Virus record (IMG/VR): IMGVR_UViG_3300040985_001649
Coordinates: 1-34,726 of that record
DNA length: 34,726 bases
Source: a virus
Lineage: Duplodnaviria; Caudoviricetes
Strand: one strand, 5' to 3'
A model generated the notes under the pieces. The model made no database searches, was not told where the DNA came from, and saw only the letters and a list, made by a program, of their open reading frames with translations. The stretch's first letter is position 1. The number at the start of each line of letters is the position of its first letter. Shown one piece after another: positions 26,849 to 34,726 of this stretch. The position numbers were made by a program, and so were the translations under genes.

Positions 26849-27292
26849 CTACCGGGGGACGTGGAGAGAGAATCGAACAACGCACTCGACGTAGCCCGAC
26901 GGAAGGGGGCCAGCGATCTGCACGCTGGTGATGCTGGTGGCCCGACAATCGTAGGGCAGTGGGGCGCGCAGCACGCACTCGCAGGCGTCGCGCATAGCGG
27001 CGTGCATCCGGGCCTGACTGGTGCTGTCGTCGTCGGCGCTGTACCGCAGGCCAAACGCCACTGAGCTGTCGTGCACGTAGGCGTCGCGGGTCACCTGGCC
27101 CACGCTGCCGAGGTCTACCCAGCACTCGAGGTGCTTGGTCCACAGCGTGGTATCGCGGCTCTGCGTCCACCCGTCGGAAGGGGCCCAGGCGTAGCCGCTG
27201 GCGTCGCGGGTCTCGAAGGCGTCGTAGAACGCTTCGAGCAGCTGCTGCCAGTACCCTTCGGTCACGGCCATGCCGATGGCGCGCATTACCAC
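26849..27292 (-). CDS. Tail terminator/head-tail joining protein (putative)
   Basis: Size, position and alternating beta/helix pattern; start may be a few codons downstream. Confidence 0.55.
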   Translation of the reverse strand: MVMRAIGMAVTEGYWQQLLEAFYDAFETRDASGYAWAPSDGWTQSRDTTLWTKHLECWVDLGSVGQVTRDAYVHDSSVAFGLRYSADDDSTSQARMHAAMRDACECVLRAPLPYDCRATSITSVQIAGPLPSGYVECVVRFSLHVPR

Positions 27293-28074
27293 CTGGGCCG
27301 CCCTACCGGAGAGGTGTAGATCGGCCCGTCACCCGGCCGGCGGATGCTGGCCTCTTCGGTGTCGTACTGCAGCCGCAGCCCATCCTCGGCGCGCTGCAGC
27401 CGGTGGTAAGCGTCCTTCCGGTACACCGCCCAAGGTGACCCTTCCGGCGCGGTGATGGCGTGGGTGGCGTTGTAGAGCGCCTGAGCCAGCAACCAAGACC
27501 AGTACCCGGTCGGTTCGCGGGACTTCCAGATCGGCCGCCCGTCCGCCAACATTCGCCGAATAAACTCGAAGTATGCAGCGTCGATCTGCGGGCCCCATCC
27601 GGTGCCGTCGCCGCCGCTTGCTACTGCCTTCTGCGCCTGCGGCACCTTATAGCGCAGCTCGGCGATCCCGCTCCCGCCATACAGGTCGGCCGCGGTGATG
27701 ATGTTGTAGGGCACGTATTCGCACAAAATGGCGGGGTGCCGGATGGTGTAGATCTCGCCGTCGATGACCAGCGACCAGGTGACGGTCCAGCCGTCGCCCA
27801 GCGAGTAGGTGGCCGCCGGTTCGCCAGCGGCCCACGTGTAGGCCGCCACCCCGCCCGTCACGACGACAGCGGCAGCGGTGACCACTGCGGCGGCGCTCGG
27901 CCCGGTGATGGTGACGGAAGAGCCGGCTTGAGTGACATCGACCAGGGCGCCGTCGCTGGTGCGCCTGATCGGTGCCTCGATGACCTGGCCCGTGGAGCCA
28001 ACCGACGTGTACGCCCTCTCCAGCAGGTACGGGACCGGCCTGGAGAGGGCGTGCGTATCGGCGCGTACCGCCAC
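27286..28074 (-). CDS. Head-tail adaptor (putative, with N-terminal beta domain)
   Basis: Beta-rich N-terminal half, helical C-terminal half; position after the capsid genes. Confidence 0.5.
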   Translation of the reverse strand: MAVRADTHALSRPVPYLLERAYTSVGSTGQVIEAPIRRTSDGALVDVTQAGSSVTITGPSAAAVVTAAAVVVTGGVAAYTWAAGEPAATYSLGDGWTVTWSLVIDGEIYTIRHPAILCEYVPYNIITAADLYGGSGIAELRYKVPQAQKAVASGGDGTGWGPQIDAAYFEFIRRMLADGRPIWKSREPTGYWSWLLAQALYNATHAITAPEGSPWAVYRKDAYHRLQRAEDGLRLQYDTEEASIRRPGDGPIYTSPVGRPRW

Positions 28075-28076
28075 GG

Positions 28077-28808
28077 CTAGTAGTCGCCCAGGTTCACGTA
28101 CGTGATCTTAACCGTGCCGGTCGCGATGAGGTTGCACGGCGTCGAGGTCACGTCGTGGTCAGCGTCATCGACCAGGAAGTTAAGGTAGACGTCCTTGGCA
28201 GTCGCGGTGCCGTCGAAGTAGGCGGGGCACTCGGTCCCGGTGCTTTGCCCGAATGCGTTGGCCGCGCCGGCTACGGCTTGCGGGGTGGCCGTGCTCGGGA
28301 TGATATCGGCCTCAGTGGCCGACAGCGTGGCGTTGTTGGACGCCGTCGCGGTGCCCAGCGCAAAGTCGCCATCCCAGGTGTCGATCACGCCGGCCGAGCT
28401 CTTGGTTAGCGCGATGCTGGCGACGGCGCCCAGGATGCTGATGGCGCCCTCTGGCATGTCGGCGATTTTAAGCCCGGAGTAGGCAACCACTCCAGCCTCG
28501 TCCACCATGGCGAAGGCCACAGCGGTCAGCGTCAACGTCAGTGTCTTGACGCTCAGCGCCTCGGACGTTGCGACCACTCCAGTGCCGGATGCGGCCACAG
28601 CAGCGCTGGCGGCCTCGGACAGCACGCTCCACGTCGCGCCGCTGTCGATGGTGCCGTAGACGACCGTGGCCGCGTCGCTGGCGTCCTCTCGGTATGCCAG
28701 GCCGCGGGTGGTGCCGATGGCTGCGCCGGGCTTGCCCCCGCTGCCGATGATGACCGTGAAGTCGTCGCCGACGGTGTTGTAGATCGTGCGGGTAGTCGCC
28801 CAAGCCAT
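28077..28808 (-). CDS. Virion structural/decoration protein (hypothetical)
   Basis: AGGAG RBS; A/T/G/S-rich; ends ITYVNLGDY. Confidence 0.65.
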   Translation of the reverse strand: MAWATTRTIYNTVGDDFTVIIGSGGKPGAAIGTTRGLAYREDASDAATVVYGTIDSGATWSVLSEAASAAVAASGTGVVATSEALSVKTLTLTLTAVAFAMVDEAGVVAYSGLKIADMPEGAISILGAVASIALTKSSAGVIDTWDGDFALGTATASNNATLSATEADIIPSTATPQAVAGAANAFGQSTGTECPAYFDGTATAKDVYLNFLVDDADHDVTSTPCNLIATGTVKITYVNLGDY

Positions 28809-28817
28809 GCGAGGCTC

Positions 28818-29564
28818 CTAGTCGGATTCGGGGAGGTCAGGAAGGTCAATATCCAGCCGCTTGAGGCTGTCATGCACTTCGTCGGTAAAGAGGGCGCGCG
28901 GCAGGTGGAGCGCGATCTGGCGTACGAGCTTCCGGGCGGCCGGGCTTTCCCTGCTCGACTCGGCCTTGATGCGCTCGATCATGGGGCGCGCGGCCATTCG
29001 CAATTGCAGGTCCGACAGCGGCTGCCCGCCGTTGGCCACCTCGATGAGGATCTGCGCCTTAAATGCGGCGCGGCCGGGCTCGTCGTGCTCCCAGATCACC
29101 TGGTGCCCAAACTGGACAGGGCGCATCCAGGCGTCGGTCCACCGCTCTACACTGTTGCCGCCGATGTCCTGGCCTACCCACTTCTCCAGGTAGACCGAAT
29201 CGGCGGCACCGTCTCGGGCCTTGCCGAATGCGGTAACGCCCGGCAGGTTGTGGGGAACGGCCTTGTAGCCGCTCCGGGTCAGGTCGTTGATCTGGCCGCC
29301 GCCGCCATCACCGCGAACGTTGGCCCCTATGCCAGCCTCATGCAGCGCCTGCACTGGCAGCGCTACCACCTGGCCATTGAGGCAGCCCACGCGGGCGGCG
29401 CTGATGCAAAGCGTCCAGGGCCCCCGCCCTGGCGTGAGGACCAGCGGGACAGACCCGAGCGAGGGGCCCGAAGCTCCACGCGCCAGAGAAGGGGCAGACA
29501 TAGCCCGCGATGGCCCGGAAGCCTCGCCGGGCTGTGGGGTGGGCTTGGGTGCTCGGGTCGCCAT
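28818..29564 (-). CDS. Hypothetical protein downstream of the capsid gene
   Basis: GAGG RBS; 248-aa ORF in operon context. Confidence 0.7.
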   Translation of the reverse strand: MATRAPKPTPQPGEASGPSRAMSAPSLARGASGPSLGSVPLVLTPGRGPWTLCISAARVGCLNGQVVALPVQALHEAGIGANVRGDGGGGQINDLTRSGYKAVPHNLPGVTAFGKARDGAADSVYLEKWVGQDIGGNSVERWTDAWMRPVQFGHQVIWEHDEPGRAAFKAQILIEVANGGQPLSDLQLRMAARPMIERIKAESSRESPAARKLVRQIALHLPRALFTDEVHDSLKRLDIDLPDLPESD

Positions 29565-29616
29565 AGTGTGGCCTCTATTGGTGGGGATGGTCAGATGGCG
29601 GCGAGCGGCCCGCGGC

Positions 29617-30576
29617 TCAGCTGACGCCGTAGCGCAGCATCGAACCGCGGCCGTTCTCCTTGATCTGGGCCGCCAAGTGCATCACGGTCGAGAAGGTGGT
29701 GACGCCACCCGCTGCCCGCAGCGCCTCGATGGTGTAGAATCCAGCGTTTGCCACTTCGTCGGCTTCGGCTGGGAGCGGGACCATCTGATGCTTGGTCTGG
29801 ATGCAGCCGGCGCCGAAGATGGCGCCGGAGACGTCGGTAGCGTCGTCGGTCAGTTCAGAGGACAGGTAGAAGTCCACCTCGAAGAACCGGCCGAGCCGGG
29901 CGCCGGCCTGCACGTTCTGGATGGCCTGCTGCGCCTGCGGTGCCCACTGGACAGCCCCGCCGAGCGACAAGGTGTCGTCCATCAGGTCCTTGGCTCCCAC
30001 AGCGTCGATCACACCGATGGCGGGGCCCATGTTGCCGCGGTCCTTGTAGTCGATGATTCCGCGGTTCACTGCGGTCCAGCTCAGGTCGACCCCAGTAAGG
30101 CCGATTTCGTTGGACAGGCTGGCAAACAACGGGGTGACCTTGCCGATCACAGTGTTTACCCACACCTCGTAGCTCTCCAGAACGACCATGGCGTACTGGT
30201 CGGGGGAGAGCTCGCCGCGGAGGAGCCCGGCCTGCATCGAGGTGGCGAAGTCGCCAACCGTGCGGGCGAACTCATGCCGGGCAGGCGTGATGGTCGTCGA
30301 GTTGGTCAGGCTGTAGTTGGTCGCGGTGGCGCCAGTGCCCTCAGCCGTGGCGATCGCTACGCCGGTGCCGTGGGTGAGAAGCCCGAAGCTAACGCCGAGC
30401 TCCCCCATCAACTGGCCCATACCTTGGTCGGCGGCGAGCATGGATTGCATCACAGGGTGACCGATGAGGGCCCCATTTTTCGCGGCGGCCTTAAGGGCGA
30501 CGCCAACGGTGCGTCGGGCCACTGCGATATTTGAATCGCCAAGACCTGCGGACGTGAGCCAAGAACCAGCAGCCAT
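29617..30576 (-). CDS. Major capsid protein
   Basis: 319 aa following portal and scaffold; own promoter and GAGG RBS; HK97-like C-terminal GRFFEVDFYLS...GAIFG pattern. Confidence 0.75.
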   Translation of the reverse strand: MAAGSWLTSAGLGDSNIAVARRTVGVALKAAAKNGALIGHPVMQSMLAADQGMGQLMGELGVSFGLLTHGTGVAIATAEGTGATATNYSLTNSTTITPARHEFARTVGDFATSMQAGLLRGELSPDQYAMVVLESYEVWVNTVIGKVTPLFASLSNEIGLTGVDLSWTAVNRGIIDYKDRGNMGPAIGVIDAVGAKDLMDDTLSLGGAVQWAPQAQQAIQNVQAGARLGRFFEVDFYLSSELTDDATDVSGAIFGAGCIQTKHQMVPLPAEADEVANAGFYTIEALRAAGGVTTFSTVMHLAAQIKENGRGSMLRYGVS

Positions 30577-30658
30577 TGTGTACCTCGATGGGGTGAGTCG
30601 TTTGGCCGTTCAGGGGTACACGCTTTTACGCCTTGGGGGGCGGACGGCTGACGTTCTG

Positions 30659-30687
30659 AGGCTACCTTGTGACGCGCGGGCCGTCAA
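30659..30687 (-). promoter_or_regulatory. Sigma70-like capsid promoter
   Basis: TTGACG, 17 bp spacer, TAGCCT on minus, directly after the scaffold stop. Confidence 0.65.
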
Positions 30688-30688
30688 A

Positions 30689-31357
30689 TCAACCCATCTT
30701 GCGCAGTCCAGCCAGGTACTCGCCCAGGTCGTCGTCGGGCAGGCTGTCGAGCGTTGTCTGCTCGCGCTTCGTCGAGCTGCGCGGGTTGCGGGTCTCGATC
30801 TTGCCGCCTGTGCCCTTTCCTCCTGCGTCAACCTGCGGCAGGTACCCGGCCAACGTGCGCGGCAGCTTCGGTGGCTGGGCTAACTCCGGGTCGGCGGCGT
30901 GGGCCTTGTGCGCGTCGAGTTGGCCTTGCCACCAATCGGCTGGAGTCTTGCCGCGCGAGTCCTTGGGCAGGTCGTCCCACTCGTTCCGCAACGCCCGCCG
31001 GCCAGACGAATCGGTCAAGCCAGCATCGATCAGCGCGATGTCCTCCTGGTGACGCTGCCCGATGCCTCGCAGGTTGGCGGCGGTCTCCTCCCGCACTCGC
31101 CCTAGCGTGGCCTTGTAGCCGTCCGACAGCGTGCCGAGGGATGCCTGGAGATCTACCAGGTCACCCTTCAGGGCCTTGTTGGCGTCGAGGGCGCGCTGCA
31201 GTCGGTCATAGGGAACCATCTGCGGGGGGCGCCCGTAGCCGCCGCCATCACCATCGCCGCCGCCACCATCGCCGCCGCTACTCAGGCCCAGCCTCTTCGC
31301 CACTCGCGTCGCCAGACTCTCGCTCAGTGCGTCCACGTCGATCGGTTCGTCCGCCAT
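30689..31357 (-). CDS. Capsid scaffolding protein (putative)
   Basis: MVPYDRL followed by coiled coil; AGGAG RBS; between portal and capsid. Confidence 0.7.
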   Translation of the reverse strand: MADEPIDVDALSESLATRVAKRLGLSSGGDGGGGDGDGGGYGRPPQMVPYDRLQRALDANKALKGDLVDLQASLGTLSDGYKATLGRVREETAANLRGIGQRHQEDIALIDAGLTDSSGRRALRNEWDDLPKDSRGKTPADWWQGQLDAHKAHAADPELAQPPKLPRTLAGYLPQVDAGGKGTGGKIETRNPRSSTKREQTTLDSLPDDDLGEYLAGLRKMG

Positions 31358-32666
31358 CTCGTTCTCCTGCTCGGGTCTCCACGGCGAGCAGAGCTGCGTC
31401 TACCTCGCCACGGTAGAGGAGGCCGAAGGGCCCCTCTGGGATGGTACTGCCTGCCACTTCTGGGATCCGGTTGGCCGTCGCCGCGCACCTGCGCAGCAGC
31501 TCGGCGTCGAATCGCCTGCACTCGGTCAAGGTGGCCAGGATGGCCTCCTCCTGCGCCTCTTGCTCTCTCTTCGTCGGTTCGCCGCCTGTCCCGTCCATCA
31601 GCATCGGCAAGTCGATGGCCGACAGCGTGAGCGATTCGTAAAGGGCGACGGCTTTGGCGGTGCTCAGCGGCTCGAAGGCCGGCGCATCCTGCCAGTGCTC
31701 GGGGGTGAGCTCGTCGGTAGTGGGTACCCACCGTTTGATGACCTCTGGGCCGTCCGCCATACCCGTCGCGCCTGTCGCGGTGTCTGATGCCATGCCAACT
31801 AGCTTCATTCCCATCACGTTGCGGCCGGGGTGGCTCGCGAGGTCGGTACCGCTACCCCACGCCGTCCAGCGGATAGGGACGACCAGAGACGCCTCGACCT
31901 GCTGCAGCCGCCTGTAGGTGTCGTCGGGGTGGCCCCGCACGACGATTCGATGGAACGGCCGCCCTTCCGGGTAGCGCTTGTCGGCAGCAGCGCGCCAAAT
32001 GTAGTCAGCGCCCTCGTAGGTCTGGTCGTGCACGGCCTGGGTGATATCGTCGTCGCCGGCCATCACCCGGTACGACGGGGCGCGAAGGTCCGTCAGGTCG
32101 TAGACGTCCACGGCCTCGACCGCATCACCGTCGACGGTGTAGCAGGTGCTATACCGCACCACCGTAGGCTCGCTCGGGTCTTCGGATGCGTAGTCGGCCT
32201 GCAGGTCGTCGGGCGTGATGACCGATAGGGTGATGCGCGCCGTCCTCTCTGACCAGGAGATCAGGACGCCCGCATAGCCGCCGGTCTCCTGGTACCGCTG
32301 GGCCTTGCCGGACGCCTGGGCCACCGCTGTCGGCAGCGGGCGGCCATCGGCGACGGCGTAGCGCTCGACCAGCGTGGTGGCGCTGTGGTCGCCCAGGACG
32401 GCCACCAGGGCGTCGGTGATGCCCGAAGCCATCGGCGGGCGGACGTAGGCCCTGCAGACCCGCGCGCACCACGACATGAGCACGTTTCGGGTCAGGTCGG
32501 CGGGGCCCATTCGCGCGGCGCGCTCGCCCAGGTAGGCATCCATGCGCTCGATGACGTCGCGGCCGTGCAGGTTGCCCAGGATGCGGACCACCAGAGCCAG
32601 ATACTGCTTTGGCGTCAGGCGGGTCGTGCCCTTGTTCCATCCGCGCATTCGTCCACGTGTAGCCAT
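31278..32666 (-). CDS. Portal protein
   Basis: 462 aa directly after the large terminase; TRNVL..WCARVCRAY..PP and G..GVLI..W pattern resembling SPP1-like portals. Confidence 0.75.
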   Translation of the reverse strand: MATRGRMRGWNKGTTRLTPKQYLALVVRILGNLHGRDVIERMDAYLGERAARMGPADLTRNVLMSWCARVCRAYVRPPMASGITDALVAVLGDHSATTLVERYAVADGRPLPTAVAQASGKAQRYQETGGYAGVLISWSERTARITLSVITPDDLQADYASEDPSEPTVVRYSTCYTVDGDAVEAVDVYDLTDLRAPSYRVMAGDDDITQAVHDQTYEGADYIWRAAADKRYPEGRPFHRIVVRGHPDDTYRRLQQVEASLVVPIRWTAWGSGTDLASHPGRNVMGMKLVGMASDTATGATGMADGPEVIKRWVPTTDELTPEHWQDAPAFEPLSTAKAVALYESLTLSAIDLPMLMDGTGGEPTKREQEAQEEAILATLTECRRFDAELLRRCAATANRIPEVAGSTIPEGPFGLLYRGEVDAALLAVETRAGERDGGRTDRRGRTERESGDASGEEAGPE

Positions 32667-32683
32667 GCGCTCATCCTACGCCA

Positions 32684-34222
32684 TCATCCAACCGGACGCC
32701 AGCGGCCAGAGTCCACCTCAATGATGGGGTACCGCACTGCGTCCAGCCTATCCCGCAGCGGGTCGAGCAGCGCGCCCGCCCACCGCTCGAAGGCCGCGGC
32801 CATCGGGTCGCACTCTGCTCTGACCGATATCGTCAGCCGTCGCGAGGGCAGCAGGCGCCGCAGGTTCTCCATGCCGTCCCACATCGACCGGTGGCGCTTG
32901 CGGGGCTGCCGAATCTTCTGCAGCGGCATCGGCAGGGCCTCCCGCCACCGGTACGCCTCCAGCCGGTCCACGTCGTAGCCGAGGGCGTAGGCGATGGCGC
33001 GTTGCATGTCCCCATTGGACTTGGCGCCCAGGCCGCCGCGGTACCCGCCGTGGGACCGGTCGCCCATCCACAGGTCTACGTCGCTGAGGTCCAAGAACGG
33101 GCTTTCCGGCGTGCCCAGGAGCGGTAGCACCTCGGGCCGCAGCATCCGGCGCTCGGCTGCGCTCGGGATGCGCCGATGCGCCAGGCCGTTGCGCCGCAGC
33201 ATGGCGATGATGCCCACGGCGTCTTCGGCCATCTCGGTGCGGCCAGTGCTCATATACATGTCAGCGACGTGGTAGTGCGTCTGAATGCCGCGGCCCTCTG
33301 CGAAGATGAGCGAGCTCACCTGCGCCTGCGCCTTCGATCCGTGGTCCGTCCCCACTAGGACGCGCGTGCCCGATGGCGGCACGTGGTCCACACGGCACCG
33401 GGTCGGATCCCACGCGCCGTCAAAGTAGGTGCAGTCGAGCCGTGGGTGCCTACTGAGGCCCATCCGCATGTCGGCCTCGATGGGCGACACGCCATCGCGT
33501 AGTCGGTCGATCTCGACCTGCCGCACGAACGGCACCTCGAGCAGCCCACCCCGCGGGGTGCAGTTGGCCACCGTCATCGGAACCCTGACCTCGCCCGCCC
33601 ATGGAATCTTGGCGTCATCAACCAGGGCCCACAGGTAGTCAATGTCGCCAGCGGTGCCGAGTGTCGGCGTAAACGTCACATACATCCTGCCATTCCGGCT
33701 CAGAAGGCGCGGCCATAGCTCGCCGTGCACATCTCTCGGTAATGGCTCGTCCGAGACAATTACGTCATATCGAGGGCCTGCAAGGTTGCGCGCCCGGAAG
33801 ATGCCACACCGGAGCTCACCGCCTGCGCCCGGCCCGCCGATGACGTCGAAGGCCATCATGCGCTGACCCTTGATCGTGCCGCCCTCGTATCGGATGCCGT
33901 CTCTGAACTCGCCGGGCTCGATGCCGTCGAAGAGGTACCGCAGCGTCGAGCCGAGCTGCGCCCACGTGTTGCCGACCACCAGGACCGAGTAGGGCTGCCC
34001 AGGCGTCTGCCAGTGCAACTGTCCCCGGATGGCCCGGCGCGCGATCTCGGCCAGCACCATCGACTTGCCGCCCGAGTTGCATCCCCAGAACACCGGCAGG
34101 TGCAGGTCGGACTCGATGAATTCGCGCTGTGGGTCAGTCCACCGGGTCGGCACCGGCTTGCGTTTGCCCCCGAAGAGGTCAGCCCAGGTCACCTCTTCGA
34201 CTTCGGGCGCCCTGGCCACCAC
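32684..34222 (-). CDS. terL: Terminase large subunit
   Basis: Q motif (DPQ), Walker A GCNSGGKS, Walker B VIVSDEP, TFTP coupling motif, nuclease VGTDHG and C-terminal DRLDAVRY. Confidence 0.92.
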   Translation of the reverse strand: MVARAPEVEEVTWADLFGGKRKPVPTRWTDPQREFIESDLHLPVFWGCNSGGKSMVLAEIARRAIRGQLHWQTPGQPYSVLVVGNTWAQLGSTLRYLFDGIEPGEFRDGIRYEGGTIKGQRMMAFDVIGGPGAGGELRCGIFRARNLAGPRYDVIVSDEPLPRDVHGELWPRLLSRNGRMYVTFTPTLGTAGDIDYLWALVDDAKIPWAGEVRVPMTVANCTPRGGLLEVPFVRQVEIDRLRDGVSPIEADMRMGLSRHPRLDCTYFDGAWDPTRCRVDHVPPSGTRVLVGTDHGSKAQAQVSSLIFAEGRGIQTHYHVADMYMSTGRTEMAEDAVGIIAMLRRNGLAHRRIPSAAERRMLRPEVLPLLGTPESPFLDLSDVDLWMGDRSHGGYRGGLGAKSNGDMQRAIAYALGYDVDRLEAYRWREALPMPLQKIRQPRKRHRSMWDGMENLRRLLPSRRLTISVRAECDPMAAAFERWAGALLDPLRDRLDAVRYPIIEVDSGRWRPVG

Positions 34223-34713
34223 TATGACACCACCCGCAGCGTGGCGCCCTTCTCGCCCAGCGGGGCGACGTGCATCGTGCCAGAATCATCGACCCACATT
34301 CGGTACCGGCGGCGGCGTAGCCACTCCTCCAGCACTGCGTCCAGCTCGTCCTCGCTGGCGCCGACGATGAGCGCCGACAGTGCAGCCGCCCGCTCTGCAT
34401 CGGTCAGCACACGCCCTGCCTGCCTCTCCGTCTCAGCGAGCACCACAAGCTCGAGCCGGGTGTCGTCCATCTCTTTGCGCAGGCGGCGCTCCTCAGCCAG
34501 GCACGCGGTCACGGCGGTGGGCACCGCGCGCCATTTCTGCGCCTTCTCTGGGTCCTTCGGGGGCGTCGAGAAGCGCACGCGGTTGCGCCGGACGTCGCGC
34601 AGTTGCGTATCGAGCCAGCGGGCGCGGGCCTTGACCACCCCGAAGGCGGTCTCTGGTGTCTTCGGCATGCTCGGGCCTGTGATGTAGTGGTGGTCCATAT
34701 TCTCGCGGACCAT
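34222..34713 (-). CDS. Putative terminase small subunit
   Basis: Helical ~150-160 aa ORF whose stop abuts the terL start; assignment by position; start uncertain. Confidence 0.5.
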   Translation of the reverse strand: MVRENMDHHYITGPSMPKTPETAFGVVKARARWLDTQLRDVRRNRVRFSTPPKDPEKAQKWRAVPTAVTACLAEERRLRKEMDDTRLELVVLAETERQAGRVLTDAERAAALSALIVGASEDELDAVLEEWLRRRRYRMWVDDSGTMHVAPLGEKGATLRVVS

Positions 34714-34726
34714 GGGGGGGTCGTTA

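Noticed and set aside
31239-31277. GCC/CCA-rich repeat in the scaffold gene
   Set aside because: Simply encodes a Gly/Asp linker; imperfect.

Overview
A very GC-rich tailed dsDNA phage (siphovirus-like) contig that looks close to a whole genome. Bases 1-58 are an untrimmed Illumina Nextera adapter. Almost all genes lie on the minus strand. From the right end they run: putative small terminase, large terminase, portal, scaffold, major capsid, head-tail/tail genes, tail assembly chaperone with a -1 frameshift, tape measure, tail tip and receptor-binding proteins, and a lysis cassette with an Amidase_3 endolysin. A short plus-strand pair (XRE/Cro-like HTH and RecU-like resolvase) follows. The early/replication arm carries a RecE-like exonuclease, a putative ssDNA-binding protein, a Rad50/SMC-like ATPase, an SF2 helicase, a Dam-like methyltransferase, a TOPRIM primase and a DUF927 helicase. 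No integrase, tRNA, rRNA or CRISPR array was recognised. The most unusual locus is the Dam-like adenine methyltransferase at 4633-6492. It has three REV(A/G)RW-anchored, TRD-like segments (two ahead of the catalytic core), a perfect in-frame hexamer repeat in the internal one, and swapped/variant conserved motifs. It also contains a complete NUMOD4-HNH endonuclease gene, with its own promoter and RBS, nested antisense inside it without breaking the reading frame or showing intron/intein signals. The non-coding left end holds oppositely oriented 11-bp iteron-like arrays around a 57-bp palindrome. All product calls come from motif recognition by eye; no database searches were run.
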